A stretch of 61,189 nucleotides of DNA, counting the filler, from Candidatus Hydrogenedentota bacterium (GTDB taxonomy: Bacteria; JBFMHD01): the NCBI GenBank assembly GCA_040752395.1. It is 5 parts of 5 records of this genome, joined end to end, with 100 filler letters (N's around TTAATTAATTAA, not from the genome) between each part and the next. Parts side by side here need not be neighbours in the genome. Positions count along the whole stretch, not along the records: positions 49,193 to 61,189 come from JBFMHD010000075.1; 4 more parts are not named here. One strand, written 5' to 3'. Position numbers and translations under genes: made by a program. Shown here in pieces: positions 58,999 to 61,189 of this stretch (within the stretch, counting starts at the first letter, position 1; every line of letters begins with the position of its first letter). The notes below the pieces were generated by a model that was not told the DNA's origin, ran no database searches, and saw only the letters and a program-made list of their open reading frames with translations.

Positions 58999-59588
58999 CC
59001 ATAAAACTCGCAGTACTTGCCTCAGGCAGAGGTTCCAATTTTCAAGCTATATTACAATCGATTCTAAAAAATGAGCTTGATGCAACTATTAAAGCACTTA
59101 TCTCAGATAATAAAGATGCAAAAGCTTTAACTATCGCAAAAGAAAATAATATACCCACATTTTATATTCCGTATGATAAAAATAATCGGATTGAGTTTGA
59201 GAAGAAAGCCATAGAGATTATTGATAGTTATTCCTGTGATTTAATAATTCTTGCTGGCTTTATGAGGATACTCACTTCTTTTTTTGTAAAATATTACGAA
59301 AATAAGATACTCAATATCCATCCATCGTTGCTACCAGCTTTTAAGGGGCTTGATGCTCAGAAACAGGCACTTTTATATGGCGTGAAAATTACTGGCTGTA
59401 GTGTTCATATAGTTACAGAGAATCTCGATGATGGTCCGATTTTGGCACAGAGAGCTGTCCCGGTGTATGATAATGATACAGTGGAATCGCTTTCTCAAAG
59501 AATATTAGAACAAGAACATATATTGTATGTGGAAGCAATAAAGATTTATGAAAAGAAATATATAGATGGTAGAAGACAGAAGACATGA
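58995..59588 (+). CDS. purN: GAR transformylase
   Basis: LASGRGSN, LAGFMRIL, NIHPSLLP, GCSVH, DDGPI. Confidence 0.96.
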   Translation: MTIKLAVLASGRGSNFQAILQSILKNELDATIKALISDNKDAKALTIAKENNIPTFYIPYDKNNRIEFEKKAIEIIDSYSCDLIILAGFMRILTSFFVKYYENKILNIHPSLLPAFKGLDAQKQALLYGVKITGCSVHIVTENLDDGPILAQRAVPVYDNDTVESLSQRILEQEHILYVEAIKIYEKKYIDGRRQKT

Positions 59589-59668
59589 AGTCAAACTTCT
59601 CACTTTTTCATTATCTTGCCTCTTGCTTCTACTTGATATTATTATAGTTACAATGTTTTTCAGAGGAG
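59571..59668 (+). repeat. Modular intergenic repeat; core 59633-59668 ends in the purD RBS
   Basis: (AGAAGAC)2, TTATCTTGCCTCTTGCTTCTAC, core; ATG 6 nt after GAGGAG. Confidence 0.92.
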
Positions 59669-59674
59669 AAACAA

Positions 59675-60931
59675 ATGAGGGTCGCAGTACTTGGTAAAGG
59701 TGGCAGAGAACATTGTATAGTGTGTGAATTAATTGAATCAAAGACCAGACCCGAGATATATGTATATCCAGGCAGCGATGCAATGTTAAAAATAGCAAAA
59801 AGAATTGAGATACCACAAGCGAGTACTGGTTGTGATGAACTTGTTAAAACAATGAAAAAGATAAGGATAGATTTATGTATTGTAGGTTCTGAACAGTATC
59901 TTGAAGATGGAATAGCTGATAGATGTATAGAGAACAGGATTGCGGTGTTTGGACCCGTTAAATCATCAGCAAGATTAGAGACAAGTAAGGTTTTTGGTAA
60001 AGAATTTATGAGAAGAAACAATATACCAACCGCTGATTTTAATATAGCTTATAATGATAAAGAACTAATGAATTTGATAAAAGTGTATCCTGTAGTATTA
60101 AAATACGACGGTTTAGCAGCTGGCAAAGGCGTATCTATTTGCTATGATGAAAAAGAAGTAAAAAATTACATCAATGATGTCTTTACGTTAAAAAAGTTTG
60201 GACAGATTAAACCTGTTATAGTTGAGGAGTGTTTACAAGGAAAAGAACTATCAGTAATCTGTGCTGTATCAGATGGCGCATATCGGATTTTTCCATGTGC
60301 AAGGGATTATAAAAGATTATTCGATGGAGATAAAGGACCGAATACTGGTGGGATGGGAGCGGTTGCTTCTACTTCACTTATTACAGCAAATCTTTTTCTT
60401 GAAATAAAATCTAAAATAATCGAACCTACTATCAAAGCACTATTGAAAAATGAATTGTCTTATCGTGGATTTTTATATTTCGGATTAATACTAACGGATG
60501 CTGGACCAAAAGTATTAGAATATAATTGCAGGTTCGGGGACCCTGAAGCCCAGGCTATACTACCATTGATTGATGGTGATTTTACTCGTTTTATATATAA
60601 AGCTGCAAAAGGGGTGATTGATGATAGTTTAATATCATCAAGGAAGGGCTGGTGTACCTGTCTTGTATTAGCTTCACAGCGATACCCTTATGAATCAGAT
60701 AAAGGTGCTGAAATAAAAGGACTCGAAGCTATTCGTATGGCAAGGGTTTATCACTCAGGAACATATTTTGAGAATGGTTGTTATAAAGTTTCAGGTGGCA
60801 GAGCATTAAGTGTGAGCGCTATTGGTTATAATCGAGAGAGTGCTGTAAGTAGAGTGTATTCTGAGATAGAAAAAATCTATTTTGAAGGTATGCAATATCG
60901 TAGAGATATAGGCAGGTTACACTTTGAATAG
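59675..60931 (+). CDS. purD: GAR synthetase
   Basis: GKGGREH, DGLAAGKGV, GPNTGGMG, EYNCRFGDPE. Confidence 0.96.
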   Translation: MRVAVLGKGGREHCIVCELIESKTRPEIYVYPGSDAMLKIAKRIEIPQASTGCDELVKTMKKIRIDLCIVGSEQYLEDGIADRCIENRIAVFGPVKSSARLETSKVFGKEFMRRNNIPTADFNIAYNDKELMNLIKVYPVVLKYDGLAAGKGVSICYDEKEVKNYINDVFTLKKFGQIKPVIVEECLQGKELSVICAVSDGAYRIFPCARDYKRLFDGDKGPNTGGMGAVASTSLITANLFLEIKSKIIEPTIKALLKNELSYRGFLYFGLILTDAGPKVLEYNCRFGDPEAQAILPLIDGDFTRFIYKAAKGVIDDSLISSRKGWCTCLVLASQRYPYESDKGAEIKGLEAIRMARVYHSGTYFENGCYKVSGGRALSVSAIGYNRESAVSRVYSEIEKIYFEGMQYRRDIGRLHFE

Positions 60932-60939
60932 CCTACTTA

Positions 60940-61189
60940 TTTTTTCGAGGTAGTCAATATAAGCGCGGTTTGCGCTCTACACTATTGGGTTCTTGGGTTC
61001 TTGGGTTATTGCGTTTTTGCGCTTTACACAACGTATGAAAAACTAAAGATGATATGTTGGCTTCAGGCTCCGGGCTTTTGGCTCCAGCCGGCTGGAGTCC
61101 GTAGCCTGTAGCCTGTCCTGATACCTCTCACTTCTTCCGTTATCTTGCTTCTTGCCTCTATTTGATATTATTAAAGTTACAATGTTTTT
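60940..61189 (+). repeat. Most complete copy of the modular intergenic repeat; window ends inside the core
   Basis: TTTTTCGAGGTAG, GTAG hairpin, TTGGGTTC array, ATGAAAAACTAAAGATGATATG, GGCT/AGCC mirrored heptamers, CCTGATACC module, core from 61162. Confidence 0.93.

Noticed and set aside
59633-59653. Core as an IHF or dif/Xer site
   Set aside because: Only a TATCAA half-match and a weak TTG..CAA dyad; it fits neither WATCAANNNNTTR nor the XerD arm.

Overview
The window is five unrelated ~12 kb contigs of an AT-rich, diderm, flagellated bacterium (probably a MAG). They are joined by artificial 100-bp N/TTAATTAATTAA/N linkers at 12374, 24748, 36926 and 49093, so synteny across the linkers means nothing. 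Most genes are housekeeping: GH94 phosphorylase, EF-G paralog, trxB, rmuC, Xdh-type Mo subunit, surface-glycan enzymes, tyrS, two diguanylate cyclases, glnD, two Maf/DUF115 genes, ilvE, lol ABC, lysS, HD-GYP, PP2C, kdsCDA, flgI/flgJ and a purC-S-L-Q-F-M-N-D operon. Three non-coding features stand out. (1) A modular intergenic repeat family whose ~36-bp core (TTGATATTATTA[G/T]AGTTACAAnGTTTTTCAGAGGAG) occurs 12 times. In 8 cases the core ends in the Shine-Dalgarno sequence of an unrelated gene, and it is preceded by shuffled modules of a GTAG-type hairpin and 7/8-bp tandem arrays. (2) A guanine-type purine riboswitch with an extra 30-nt hairpin inserted just before the specificity base. (3) Two near-identical attC sites, with no integrase in view, bracketing a HinP1I-like restriction gene with a nonsense codon and an SPPY-type methyltransferase. 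All calls come from reading the sequence; no searches were run.
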